A DNA stretch of 64,000 bases from Verrucomicrobiota bacterium. GTDB taxonomy: Bacteria; Verrucomicrobiota; Lentisphaeria; Lentisphaerales; Lentisphaeraceae. The DNA is taken from positions 1-64,000 of the forward strand of contig JBDKFG010000015.1 of NCBI GenBank assembly GCA_039798785.1, written 5' to 3'. This document shows, in pieces, positions 39,843 through 49,458 of the stretch; within the stretch, counting starts at the first letter, position 1; each line of letters opens with the position of its first letter. Both the position numbers and the translations under genes were made by a program. The notes beneath the pieces are model-generated. The model saw only the letters and a program-made list of their open reading frames with translations. It was not told where the DNA came from and did no database searches.

Positions 39843-41411
39843 ATGCCGGTCGAACTCCACCCTGATCTCTGCTTCATCACCGCCGACGGCAAACACCTCC
39901 ATCGGCCGGCACTGCGCCGTGCCGCCGCGGCCCTGCAACCGCATTTCACCGCCGAAGTCGCGATTGCCGCCGAAGACCCCTTTCTCCTGGCCGCCGCCAT
40001 TCTCGCCTGTTTCCAAAATCGCCGGAGACTGCTGCTGCTACCGGATTTAAGCCCGGAAAGCCGCTCCGCCGCAGCCGGGACGCGGCTACTCGGCGATGCC
40101 GAAATCGCAGCGCTGCTCTCAGAAAATCCGGGGGAGGCTGAAGTGACGGATTTTCCAGAGGGCGAGCTGCTTCTTATGAGTTCGGGTTCCGGCGGAGGGC
40201 GGAAGCTCATCTGCAAGACCTGGTCGCAATTGACCCTGGAGGCAGAGATGCACGCCGTATTCCTTGCGGCGACCGTCCCTCCGGAGCTGATCACCGCCGG
40301 CAGCGTCTCCCCGCGCCACCTCTACGGACTCCTCTTCCGCCTCGTCCTTCCCCTCATCAGCGGCCGTCCGGCGGAATCCTTCCATCGCCGCCTTCCCGAT
40401 CAGATTCAGGACCTTCTCGCCGCCCGTCCGGCGCTTTTCATCTCTTCGCCAAGCGCCTTGGCAGCCTTGGCTCGGCACCCTGGATCTCGCGTCGCCGGCA
40501 GCCTCATCCTGTCCTCCGGCGGTCCCCTCTCAGCCAAGGACGCCGAGCTGCTCGGCTCTTCTTTGCTCGAGCTCTATGGCTCAAGTGAAACGGGCGGCAT
40601 CGCCCGGCGCTGCTCCACTTCCCAGCCCTGGCAGCTACTCCCCGGAGTCACTTGCCGCGACGAAGACGGCTCGGCCTTCTCTGTGCGCTCTCCCTGGCTG
40701 CCGGATTGGCAGGAAAGCGGCGATCGGCGCGTCCCTCTCGACGAATCGCGTTTCCACCTTCTCGGACGCGCCGACCGATTGATCAAGATCGGCGAAAAAC
40801 GATTCTCCCTTGACGATGCCGAAAAGGCATTGCTCTCCCTCCCCGAGCTCGCAGACGCCGCCGTGGCCGAGCTCGGGCCAGGAGGGGAATTGGGACGCCC
40901 ACTGATCGGAGCCCTGGTGGTCGAAGACCGGAGACGGAGCGTCCTCGACTTCCGACGCGAACTGCTCGCCGCCGGCTTGGACCCCCTGCTCATTCCCCGA
41001 CGCTTCCTCACCCTCGATCTGCTGCCCCGCGATCCACAAGGGAAATTGCGTCGTGATCTCGTCCGTCAGCTTCTTCTGGCGCCTCGCGATGAATTGCCGC
41101 CGACCGTCTCCCTGGGCGAGACGGCATTCCGACTGCGCGTTCCGTCATCCGCCGCCGTCCTGGATGGGCATTTCCCACTCGATCCCATCCTTCCAGGACT
41201 TGCCCAGATTCATTGGGCGTGGTCCCTTGCCTGCCGCGTTTTTCCGCTACCGGCAAAGGCTGATTCGCTGCAGCAGCTGAAGTTCAGCCGCATCGTCCGT
41301 CCGGGTGACGAGATCGAAGTGCGTTTCGACGTCGCTCCCGGCAGCCTTGGCTTCCGCTATTTCCTAGGAGAGGCAATAGCTTCCAGCGGGAGGTTCCAGT
41401 GGAAGATTTGA
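39843..41411 (+). CDS. Acyl-CoA synthetase/AMP-ligase fused to a FabA/FabZ-like (ApeI-type) dehydratase
   Basis: SSGSGG..K P-loop, HLYGLLFR, ELYGSSETGG, GRADR.IK.GEKR.SL, C-terminal DGHFP..PILPG.AQ..W..LKF. Confidence 0.82.
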   Translation: MPVELHPDLCFITADGKHLHRPALRRAAAALQPHFTAEVAIAAEDPFLLAAAILACFQNRRRLLLLPDLSPESRSAAAGTRLLGDAEIAALLSENPGEAEVTDFPEGELLLMSSGSGGGRKLICKTWSQLTLEAEMHAVFLAATVPPELITAGSVSPRHLYGLLFRLVLPLISGRPAESFHRRLPDQIQDLLAARPALFISSPSALAALARHPGSRVAGSLILSSGGPLSAKDAELLGSSLLELYGSSETGGIARRCSTSQPWQLLPGVTCRDEDGSAFSVRSPWLPDWQESGDRRVPLDESRFHLLGRADRLIKIGEKRFSLDDAEKALLSLPELADAAVAELGPGGELGRPLIGALVVEDRRRSVLDFRRELLAAGLDPLLIPRRFLTLDLLPRDPQGKLRRDLVRQLLLAPRDELPPTVSLGETAFRLRVPSSAAVLDGHFPLDPILPGLAQIHWAWSLACRVFPLPAKADSLQQLKFSRIVRPGDEIEVRFDVAPGSLGFRYFLGEAIASSGRFQWKI

Positions 41412-42151
41412 AAGCCTGCCTACTGATCCCTCATTACGACCAGGCTCCTCTTCTGGGACGCACCCTGGACCGCCTCGGCCCTCTCGGTCTGCCGGCCATC
41501 CTGGTCGACGACGGCAGTTCGCCCGACCAGCGCCGGACGGTCGCGGAGATCGCAAAAGAATTCCCCTGGGTCACCCTGCTACAACGCCCCCGGAACGGCG
41601 GCAAGGGCGCAGCGGTGAAGGACGGCCTTCTCGCCGCCTCGGATGCCGGCTACTCCCACGCACTTCAAGTCGATGCCGACGGCCAGCACGCTCTTGAACT
41701 CCTCCCCGGCCTGCTTGATTGCGCCCGCCGCAACCCCGACAAACTCGTCCTCGGGCGGCCGATCTACGGCCCCGAAGTGCCCCGCGCACGACTCTACGGA
41801 CGTTGGATCACACATCTCTTCGTCTTTCTCGAAACCCTGTCCTTCGACATCCGCGATTCGATGTGCGGCTTCCGCGCCTATCCCCTCCCCGCCTGTCGCG
41901 AACTGATCCTGTCGGGCGAACGCCTCGGCAACCGGATGGATTTCGACACCGAGATCGCGGTGCGCCTCTACTGGCGCGGCCTGCGCGTGGTCGAATTCCC
42001 GGTGCCAGTGAGCTACCCGCCCGACGGCATCTCACATTTCTCACTCTGCCGGGAAAACCGCCTGATCACCGCCATGCACACCCGCCTCTGCTTCGGCCTC
42101 ATTCCCCGCCTGCCGAGATTGCTGATGAGGAAGTGGAGGAAGGGCGTGTAA
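41399..42151 (+). CDS. Glycosyltransferase family 2 (aryl-polyene ApeJ-like)
   Basis: VDDGS, NGGKGAAV, QVDADGQH, DSMCGFR.YP, RMDFDTEI.VRLYW, GISHF. Confidence 0.9.
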   Translation: MEDLKACLLIPHYDQAPLLGRTLDRLGPLGLPAILVDDGSSPDQRRTVAEIAKEFPWVTLLQRPRNGGKGAAVKDGLLAASDAGYSHALQVDADGQHALELLPGLLDCARRNPDKLVLGRPIYGPEVPRARLYGRWITHLFVFLETLSFDIRDSMCGFRAYPLPACRELILSGERLGNRMDFDTEIAVRLYWRGLRVVEFPVPVSYPPDGISHFSLCRENRLITAMHTRLCFGLIPRLPRLLMRKWRKGV

Positions 42152-42188
42152 GCAAGTGTCCTGCGCGTGCGCGAGAACATCATCGCCG

Positions 42189-43346
42189 CTACTGTCTGGC
42201 CTTGTTCCGGATCTCCTCCCTTCGCCCCAGCCGCAAAAGCAGGCGGTGGCCGATCCGGTCCTCCCAGTTGAAGCTGTTTTGCAGGACCACCACCGCATTC
42301 CGATGCCGCACGTCAACCCCGACGTAGGCGCTGAAGCCGGAGACGAAACCCACTTGGTAAGCCAGTTTTTCGTTGCCGAAGCTATCGACACACCAGGCCC
42401 GAGCCAGAGCTTCGCGGGGACGAGGAAAGCGCACGGTCAGATTCTCGGCAAAGGCCCCCCCCGGGAAGTGTGCGCCGGCGAAAACAAGCAGGTCTCGAGC
42501 AGAGGAATACATGCCCGCCGAAGCCTTCATCGCCGCCGGAAAATCCCAAGGAGGAACAGGCTGACCCCGGCGGATGAATTTCGGCTGGTCGCCGGCATGG
42601 CCGATGACTCCTTCCGGCCGGCCGTAGCCGCTTGTCTCAAGGCCGAGGGGAAGGCAGATCTCCCGCTCAAGCAAAGTCTCCAGCGACTGGCCGGAGGAAT
42701 CTTCGAGGAGGCGTCCAAGGACCGCATAGCCGAGGTTGGAATATTGCGGCTGAGGGCTCTCCGGCGCTTCAAAATCAGCCAGGGCGGTCTCGATCGCTGC
42801 TTGATCGAGGGATTGATAGAAGTTCCTGCCATTGGCGAGGAATGACAGGAAGTCGCCGAAAATCTGGAGATTCCAAGGTTGCCTGGGCATTCCGGAAAGG
42901 TGGCAGGCGAGGATATCGGGACTGAGCTGTCGGACCCCGGGGCTCCAGCGCGCCGTCCCCGCAAGACTGGCGAGGGGCGTCTCCCAAGTGAATTCGCCAC
43001 GTTTCACCGCCCGCTGTGCCAGGGCCGCAGTGAATCCCTTGCTCAAGGAACCAATCGGAAAGGAGGTGTCGGCCTGCAGCCGCTTGCCGGTGTTTTCATC
43101 CGCGACGCCATAGGAGAAGAAGCTCATCCTGCCATCCGATTCGAGCACTCCGACGATCAGGCCGGGCGTCATCTCCGGCACCAGCGGAGCCGCCAGAGCG
43201 TCGATTTCCTGGCGCAGGTTCCGATGTTGTGCCAGGAAACACGCCGCTTGATCATCAGGATCAATCTGATGACGGGAGAAAGGGCCGCAGGCGACAAAGA
43301 GGACGGCGAGCAGCAGACTGCCAAGTGGGGAGGATCGGTTCTTCAT
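42189..43346 (-). CDS. Serine hydrolase, beta-lactamase/class C family (lipoprotein)
   Basis: F.IGSLSK (SxxK), YSN (YxN), lipobox FVAC. Confidence 0.85.
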   Translation of the reverse strand: MKNRSSPLGSLLLAVLFVACGPFSRHQIDPDDQAACFLAQHRNLRQEIDALAAPLVPEMTPGLIVGVLESDGRMSFFSYGVADENTGKRLQADTSFPIGSLSKGFTAALAQRAVKRGEFTWETPLASLAGTARWSPGVRQLSPDILACHLSGMPRQPWNLQIFGDFLSFLANGRNFYQSLDQAAIETALADFEAPESPQPQYSNLGYAVLGRLLEDSSGQSLETLLEREICLPLGLETSGYGRPEGVIGHAGDQPKFIRRGQPVPPWDFPAAMKASAGMYSSARDLLVFAGAHFPGGAFAENLTVRFPRPREALARAWCVDSFGNEKLAYQVGFVSGFSAYVGVDVRHRNAVVVLQNSFNWEDRIGHRLLLRLGRREEIRNKARQ

Positions 43347-43408
43347 GGCTTAGAACAAAGCCCGGCCAAGGAAAAATTCCACGACGGGCTGCAGCCCTGC
43401 AGCGACAG

Positions 43409-43456
43409 GCCGCAAAAAACCCGCCCGGTCTTGCGACTGGGCGGGTTTTTTGCGGC
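43409..43456. terminator. Bidirectional Rho-independent terminator
   Basis: GCCGCAAAAAACCCGCCCGGTC-ttgc-GACTGGGCGGGTTTTTTGCGGC just downstream of nrdB. Confidence 0.85.
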
Positions 43457-43469
43457 GCCCGAGGAGCGA

Positions 43470-44603
43470 TCAGAGGTCGAAGCCGGCGAAGGCGTCTTCG
43501 TGGACGGCGTTGTCGATCTGGCCGACGACGTAAGAGGCGATTTCAGCTTCCTGCGGCGCAACCTGGACGTTGTCGGAAACTAGCCATGAGTTGATCCACG
43601 GCAAGGGGTTCTGAGTGGTCGAGAAGACGTTCTTGAAGCCGATGGCGCGAAGGCGGTTGTTGGTGATGTACTCGACATATTGGCAGAGGATGTCGGCGTT
43701 GAGACCCATCATCGAGCCGTCTTTGAAGAGGTACTTGGCCCATTCCTTCTCCTGCTCGGCGGCGGTGATGAAGATCTGGTAGACCTGACCTTCGCACTCG
43801 CGGGCGATCTCCTGCATTTCGGGATCGTCCTTGCCGTCGTGGATGATCTTGATGATCTCCTGCGTCCCGGCCAGGTGCAAAGCTTCGTCGCGGGCGATGA
43901 AGCGGATGAGCTTGGCGTTGCCTTCCATCAGTTGCCGTTCGGCAAAGGCGAAGGAGCAGGCGAAGCTGACGTAGAAACGCACGGCTTCGAGGACGTTGAC
44001 GCTGACCATGGTCAGGTAGAGACGGCGCTTGAGATCGCGCTTGCTGACGCGGATGCTCTTGCCATTGATCTCGTGCACGCCTTCGCCGAAGAGCGAGTAG
44101 TAATTGGTGCCTTCGATCAAGGCATCGTAGTACTGCGAGATCGAGGCGGCGCGCTTGATGATCTCGGGGTTCTTGACGATGTCGTCGAGGACGACCGAGG
44201 GGTTGGGGAAGATGTTGCGGATGATGTGGGTGTAGGAGCGCGAGTGGATGGTCTCGAAGAAGGACCAGGTCTCGATCCAGGTTTCCAGCTCGGGAGTGGA
44301 GACGACCGGCAGGAAGGCGATGTTGGGCGAGCGGCCCTGGATCGAGTCGAGCAGAGTCTGGTACTTCAGGTTGGAGACGAAGATGTGGCGTTCATGTTCA
44401 TCGAGCTTCTCCATGAAGTCGATGCGGTCGCGCGACAGGTCGACTTCTTCAGGACGCCAGAAGAAACTGATCTGCTTGTCGATGAGCTTTTCGAAGATCG
44501 GGTGGCGCTGCGAGTCGTAGCGCGACACGTTGACGTTCTCGCCGAAGAACATCGGCTGCTTCAGGTGGTCGTAAGCAGTGCGGTTGAAGATGCTGAATTG
44601 CAT
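43470..44603 (-). CDS. nrdB: Class Ia ribonucleotide reductase beta subunit
   Basis: [60 protein letters not shown]. Confidence 0.97.
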   Translation of the reverse strand: MQFSIFNRTAYDHLKQPMFFGENVNVSRYDSQRHPIFEKLIDKQISFFWRPEEVDLSRDRIDFMEKLDEHERHIFVSNLKYQTLLDSIQGRSPNIAFLPVVSTPELETWIETWSFFETIHSRSYTHIIRNIFPNPSVVLDDIVKNPEIIKRAASISQYYDALIEGTNYYSLFGEGVHEINGKSIRVSKRDLKRRLYLTMVSVNVLEAVRFYVSFACSFAFAERQLMEGNAKLIRFIARDEALHLAGTQEIIKIIHDGKDDPEMQEIARECEGQVYQIFITAAEQEKEWAKYLFKDGSMMGLNADILCQYVEYITNNRLRAIGFKNVFSTTQNPLPWINSWLVSDNVQVAPQEAEIASYVVGQIDNAVHEDAFAGFDL

Positions 44604-44614
44604 GGTTCTCAACT

Positions 44615-44719
44615 AGGTTGAAAGGTTGAAAGGTTGAAGGCGAAATCAAGCAATGAACTAGGCTAAACGGCAGTCAGGTTTCCGGCTCATCGCCTTTTCA
44701 CCTTCCCACCTTTCAACCT
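44615..44719. repeat. Inverted octamer tandem-repeat hairpin between nrdA and nrdB
   Basis: (AGGTTGAA)x3 facing CCTTTTCA-CCTTCCCA-CCTTTCAA-CCT. Confidence 0.8.
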
Positions 44720-44728
44720 CTTCGATAT

Positions 44729-46999
44729 TCAGATCTTGCAGGCCCCGCCGGCGCAGGAGTCGTTGCCGTCTTCCTGGGCGTCGTCGGCACCGTCGCGGGT
44801 GTTGTGGTAGTAGAGGGTTTTGACGCCCCATTTGTAGGCGTTGAGGAGATCCGACAGCATGGTCTTCATCGGCACCTTGCCGCCTTCGAAGCGGGCCGGA
44901 TCGTAGTTGGTGTTGGCGGAGATGGTCTGGTCGACGAATTTCTGCATGGTGGCGACGAGCTGGAGGTAGCCGGTGTTGTTGGGCATGGTCCAGAGCAGTT
45001 CGTATTTATGGCCGAGACGCTCGATCTCGGGGACGACCTGCTTGGTGATGCCATCCTTCGATGCCTTGACCGAGACCAGGCCGCGGGGCGGCTCGACGCC
45101 GTTGGTGGCGTTGGAGATCTGCGACGAGGTTTCGGAGGGCATCAGGGCCGACAGGGTGGAGTTGCGCATGCCATATTTGAGGACGTCGGCGCGCAGGGCT
45201 TCCCAGTCGAGGCGGAGCTCTTCCTTGCAGAAGGTGTCGAGGTCTTTTTTGTAGGTGTCGATCGGCATGATGCCTTTCGAATAGGTGGTTTCGGAGAATT
45301 TCGGGCAAGGGCCGAATTCCTTGGCGAGTTTGACCGAGGCTTTCATCAGGTAGTACTGCATCGCTTCGAAGGCGCGGTGGGTCAGTCCGATGGCGGAGCC
45401 GTCGGAGTAACGGACGCCATTCTTGGCGAGATAATAGGCGTAGTTGATGACGCCGACGCCGAGGGTGCGGCGGTTGAGCGAGGAGTTCTTTGCGGCCGGC
45501 AGGGGGTAGCCCTGGTAGTCGAGAAGAGAGTCGAGGGCGCGGACGACGATTTCGGCAAGCTCCTCGAGCTCGTCGAGGTTGCCGATGGCACCAAGGTTGA
45601 AGGCCGAGAGGGTGCAGAGCGCGATTTCACCTTCGGTGTCATCAATCTGCTGCAAGGGCTTGGTCGGCAGGGCGATTTCGAGGCAGAGGTTGGATTGGCG
45701 GATCGGCGCGACGGCGGGGTCGAAGGGGCTGTGGGTGTTGCAGTGGTCAACGTTCTGCAGGTAGATGCGGCCGGTATTGGCGCGCTCGGTGACGAAGAGG
45801 CCGAAGAGGTCGATCGCCTTCAGGGTCTTCTTGCGGATCGAGGGGTCCTGCTCGTATTTGAGATAGAGCTCTTCGAACTTCCTCTGGTCGGCGAAGAAGG
45901 CGTCGTAGAGGCCGGGGACGTCGGACGGAGAGAAGAGCGAGATGTTGCCGTTGGCGATCAGTCGCTCGTACATCAGCTTGTTGAACTGGACGCCGTAGTC
46001 CATGTGGCGGACCCGGTTCTCTTCGGTCCCCTTGTTGTTCTTCAGGACGATCAGAGATTCGACCTCGATGTGCCAAAGGGGGAAGAAGACGGTCGCGGCA
46101 CCGCCGCGGACGCCGCCCTGCGAGCAGCTCTTCACCGCGGTCTGGAAGTACTTGTAGAAGGGGATGCAGCCGGTGTGGAAGGCTTCGCCGCCGCGAATCG
46201 GCGAGCCGAGGCCGCGGATGCGTCCGGCGTTGATGCCGATGCCGGCGCGCTGCGATACGTATTTGACGATCGCCGAGGCGCTGGCGTTGATCGAGTCGAG
46301 GTTGTCGTCGCACTCGATCAAGACGCAGGAGGAGAACTGGCGGGTGGGCGTGCGGACGCCGGACATGATCGGGGTGGGCAGGGAGATCTTGAACTGCGAG
46401 GCGGCGTCGTAGAAGGCCTTGACATGCTTGAGGCGGCTGTCGCGGGGATATTTCGAGAAGAGGCAGGCGCCGACCAGCATGAAGAGGAATTGGGGGCTTT
46501 CGTGGATCTGGCCGGTGACGCGGTTCTGCACCAGGTATTTGCCTTCGAGCTGCTTCACTGCGGCATAGGCGAAGTTGAGATCGCGGCTGTGATCGATGGC
46601 TCGGTCCATTTCGGCAAAGTCATCTTCGGTGTAGTCGCTGAGAAGGTGCGAGTCGTATTTGCCCATCTCGACCATTTTGCGCACGTGGGCGTGCAGCGAG
46701 GGAGGTTCAAACTGGCCGTAGGCCTTCTTGCGGAGATGGAAGATGGCGAGGCGAGCCGCCATGTACTGATAGTCAGGCTGGTCCTTGGAGATCAGGTCGG
46801 CAGTGGTCTTGATCAAGGTCTCGTGAATCTGGCTGGTCTTCATCCCGTCCATGAACTGGATGTGCGACTTGAGTTCCACTTGCGACACCGAGACGTTGTT
46901 TAGCCCTTTCGAGGCCCAAGTCAAAACCTTGTGGATCTTGTCGAGATCGAGACGCTCGCGGCGCCCGTCGCGTTTGGTCACTTGAATGTCGTTGCTCAT
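44729..46999 (-). CDS. nrdA: Class Ia ribonucleotide reductase alpha subunit
   Basis: ATP cone VTKRDG, RQFSSCVL, SCSQGGVRGG, QSNLCLEI, ALCTL, MPSETSSQ, TLYY, C-terminal C-x4-C. Confidence 0.98.
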   Translation of the reverse strand: MSNDIQVTKRDGRRERLDLDKIHKVLTWASKGLNNVSVSQVELKSHIQFMDGMKTSQIHETLIKTTADLISKDQPDYQYMAARLAIFHLRKKAYGQFEPPSLHAHVRKMVEMGKYDSHLLSDYTEDDFAEMDRAIDHSRDLNFAYAAVKQLEGKYLVQNRVTGQIHESPQFLFMLVGACLFSKYPRDSRLKHVKAFYDAASQFKISLPTPIMSGVRTPTRQFSSCVLIECDDNLDSINASASAIVKYVSQRAGIGINAGRIRGLGSPIRGGEAFHTGCIPFYKYFQTAVKSCSQGGVRGGAATVFFPLWHIEVESLIVLKNNKGTEENRVRHMDYGVQFNKLMYERLIANGNISLFSPSDVPGLYDAFFADQRKFEELYLKYEQDPSIRKKTLKAIDLFGLFVTERANTGRIYLQNVDHCNTHSPFDPAVAPIRQSNLCLEIALPTKPLQQIDDTEGEIALCTLSAFNLGAIGNLDELEELAEIVVRALDSLLDYQGYPLPAAKNSSLNRRTLGVGVINYAYYLAKNGVRYSDGSAIGLTHRAFEAMQYYLMKASVKLAKEFGPCPKFSETTYSKGIMPIDTYKKDLDTFCKEELRLDWEALRADVLKYGMRNSTLSALMPSETSSQISNATNGVEPPRGLVSVKASKDGITKQVVPEIERLGHKYELLWTMPNNTGYLQLVATMQKFVDQTISANTNYDPARFEGGKVPMKTMLSDLLNAYKWGVKTLYYHNTRDGADDAQEDGNDSCAGGACKI

Positions 47000-47162
47000 G
47001 CCGCCCCTTTCTGCTCGATGTTCACTGCCAGACCTCTCCTCCCCCGGGAATGGCGAACTTTAATTCGCGTCCTCGGGAGATTCCGGCACCCCATCCCTTT
47101 AGCGGCTCGGAGTCCGCCTTGCCAGCCCGTCTTAGGTCCGTCCGACGACTTTTTCAGGGGTT

Positions 47163-47210
47163 TTTCTACAGATAGGGGACTTGACACGCTTGATGCACTA
47201 CAGATAGGGG
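47163..47210. promoter_or_regulatory. Tandem NrdR boxes
   Basis: TTTCTACAGATAGGGG (47163-47178) and GCACTACAGATAGGGG (47195-47210), 32 bp apart, upstream of nrdA. They fit the recalled acaCwAtATaTwGtgt consensus. Confidence 0.8.
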
Positions 47211-47428
47211 TAAGGCCGACTTATCAACAGAAAAAAGCGCCGCTTTCGTGCGAGGAGCATTCTCTAGCAACTTTGTCTAGTGGCCATTTGATGAAATTAT
47301 ATAATTGTCACGACTTAAGTAAAAGTGCTGCCACTTCAAGAACTCGGGAAAAATCTTCCGTGCCGAACATCCATACCCGGCAGGAGCGACATCAGCCTGC
47401 CCCTGCGCAACTAACAAAATTCTGCATG

Positions 47429-47926
47429 TCAGAGCGACTGTGAGGCGCGAAGCTTCTGGCAGAGTAGGCACCATTCGTAACGTCTGAGCGCGACACCGCT
47501 GGGACCGAGATCAAGATTGGCGGCGGCTAAGCCATCCCAGCGTTTCACTAACGGGGTCCATTCCGGCGGCAGGTTCTGGATCTGGCGCAGTTCAGCCTCA
47601 AGCCGAGCATGCAAAGGATGGCGTCCGACCTGGCGGAGCCACCAGCGATGATTTCCGGCATCGCCTTCGAAGCGGTGGATCAGGGCGTGGAGGTAATCCG
47701 CATCGGGATGGCCTTCATGACGCTGGACCAGTTCATGCGCTTCATAGAGGCAGCCCCAGGCAATCTGTGCAGCGGCAGCAATGAAGCCGCAATCGAAGCC
47801 GGGACTTGAAGACGCATCCATCAGATGCCTTGGTGAAGAGGGGATCAGCTTCGACCGGGCAGGGAATGGCGCCCGGCGGGCGAAGTCGAGGATGTCGTCA
47901 TCAATCGAGACGGGAAGGGGAATCAT
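47429..47926 (-). CDS. Conserved hypothetical helical protein
   Basis: AHELVQ..EG..DADYLHALIHRFEGD.GN.RWW motif. Confidence 0.7.
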   Translation of the reverse strand: MIPLPVSIDDDILDFARRAPFPARSKLIPSSPRHLMDASSSPGFDCGFIAAAAQIAWGCLYEAHELVQRHEGHPDADYLHALIHRFEGDAGNHRWWLRQVGRHPLHARLEAELRQIQNLPPEWTPLVKRWDGLAAANLDLGPSGVALRRYEWCLLCQKLRASQSL

Positions 47927-47956
47927 GATTGAACCTACCTGGATCTGGTGATGGGA

Positions 47957-49315
47957 TCAGCAAAGCGCGATCTCGGCATCGATTTCCGCCAACATCGAGT
48001 TCAGCTCCTCCGACGTCGCTGCATCGGCGAGGATGCGCAGCACCGGTTCGGTGTTGGAGGGGCGGATCAGCACCCAGCCGCGGGGAAAGGCGATTCGGAT
48101 GCCGTCGAGCAGGAGCGGCTGGGTGCTGGCGTAGCGGTCACGAAGCCGTCGCACCAGGGCGTTGCCCGCCTCGACGCTCATTTCGATCTTGCGGGCTGCT
48201 TGCGCGCGGCGCGGCAGAGAATCGACTTGTTGCGTCAAGGTTGATGCGCCCTTGGCCAGCATCTCGAGAATCAAGGCCATGCCGGCAAAGCTGTCGCGAC
48301 ATGGATGCACCGCCGGCCAGATGACGCCGCCATTGGTCTCACCGCCGATCACCGAGCCGTTCTCCAGCATGGTGGTGGAGACGTGGATCTCGCCGACCTT
48401 GGTGAGGTGGTAGGGCACGCCTTCCTGGGTGCAGATGTCGCGCAGGAGGTCGCTGGTGGCGACGGTGGCGGTGACCGGCCCCTTGGTACGGCTGCGCAGG
48501 ACGTGCGCGGCGCAGAGGGCGAGGGTGTAGTTCTCGTTGAGCGCCTGCCCCGAGTCGTCGACCAGCACGAGGCGGTCGGCATCGGGGTCCTGTGCAAAGC
48601 CAACGGCGCAGCCGTGGTCGCGCACTGCGGTACAGAGTTCGCCGAGGGATTCCGGCACCGGTTCCGGCATGCGGCGGAAGACGCCGTCGGTCTCGGTGTT
48701 GAGGGCGACCACTTCGCAGCCGAGGCGGCGCAGAAAGTCGGGCGCAAACGGAGCTCCGGCACCGTTGGCGCAGTCGACCGCGACCCGCAGCTTGGCGGCG
48801 CGAATGGCCTCGACATCGACGACTTCGTGGATGCGACGCTCGTGCAGCGAAAAGCCGTCGCTGAGGCGGCGCACCGGACGCAGGCGGTCTTCGCCGACGT
48901 AATCGGCGCGGCTCTGGTGATAGATGTTGTGCAGCTCGCGCGATTCCGACGGCGATAGGAACATGCCGCGGCCGGAGATGAATTTCAGGGCGTTCCAAGA
49001 TTCCGGATTGTGGCTTGCGGTGATCGCAATGCCGCCGACCGCCTGCAATCGCGACACCATGAGCTGGATCGTCGGAGTCGGCAAAACGCCGTAGAGAAGA
49101 GGTTCGCAACCGACCGCAAGAAGCCCGGCTACCACCGCTTCCTGCACCATCATCGACGAGGGACGAGTATCGGTGCCGATGACCACCGGACCGGGACCCG
49201 TCCACTGCCCGAAGGCCGAGGCGAAGTTGGCGATCAGGCTCGGGGTCAGGGTTTCACCGATGACGCCGCGGACTCCGGCGACACTGGTCTTCAGGTTGCT
49301 GATGGCGCGGGGCAT
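47957..49315 (-). CDS. Phosphohexomutase (phosphoglucosamine/phosphomannomutase family)
   Basis: GVRG, ITASHNP, QDPDADR, GGETNGG, IRPSNTEP. Confidence 0.93.
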   Translation of the reverse strand: MPRAISNLKTSVAGVRGVIGETLTPSLIANFASAFGQWTGPGPVVIGTDTRPSSMMVQEAVVAGLLAVGCEPLLYGVLPTPTIQLMVSRLQAVGGIAITASHNPESWNALKFISGRGMFLSPSESRELHNIYHQSRADYVGEDRLRPVRRLSDGFSLHERRIHEVVDVEAIRAAKLRVAVDCANGAGAPFAPDFLRRLGCEVVALNTETDGVFRRMPEPVPESLGELCTAVRDHGCAVGFAQDPDADRLVLVDDSGQALNENYTLALCAAHVLRSRTKGPVTATVATSDLLRDICTQEGVPYHLTKVGEIHVSTTMLENGSVIGGETNGGVIWPAVHPCRDSFAGMALILEMLAKGASTLTQQVDSLPRRAQAARKIEMSVEAGNALVRRLRDRYASTQPLLLDGIRIAFPRGWVLIRPSNTEPVLRILADAATSEELNSMLAEIDAEIALC

Positions 49316-49325
49316 GGGGGGCACC

Positions 49326-49456
49326 AATTAAGAGTTAAGAATTAAGAGTTAAGAATTAAGAGTTAAGAATTAAGAATTAAAAGCATGAGAGCAAGTTAAG
49401 AGTCTGGTTTGAGCTCAATTCTTAACTCTTAACTCTTAACTCTTAACTCTTAATTC
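49326..49456. repeat. Inverted heptamer tandem-repeat hairpin
   Basis: About 8 units of A(A/G)TTAAG at 49326-49381 facing (CTTAACT)x4-CTTAATT at 49421-49455. Very AT-rich against the GC-rich background. Confidence 0.9.
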
Positions 49457-49458
49457 AT

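Noticed and set aside
47000..47150. Possible cobalamin riboswitch in the nrdA leader (TAAAGGGATGGGGTG on the minus strand)
   Set aside because: It lacks the GCCACTG/GGGAAG B12 box, the ACTGT element and the 3' AGACC element.
49326..49456. Tandem arrays considered as CRISPR
   Set aside because: The units are contiguous 7-8-mers without unique spacers, and no cas genes are present.
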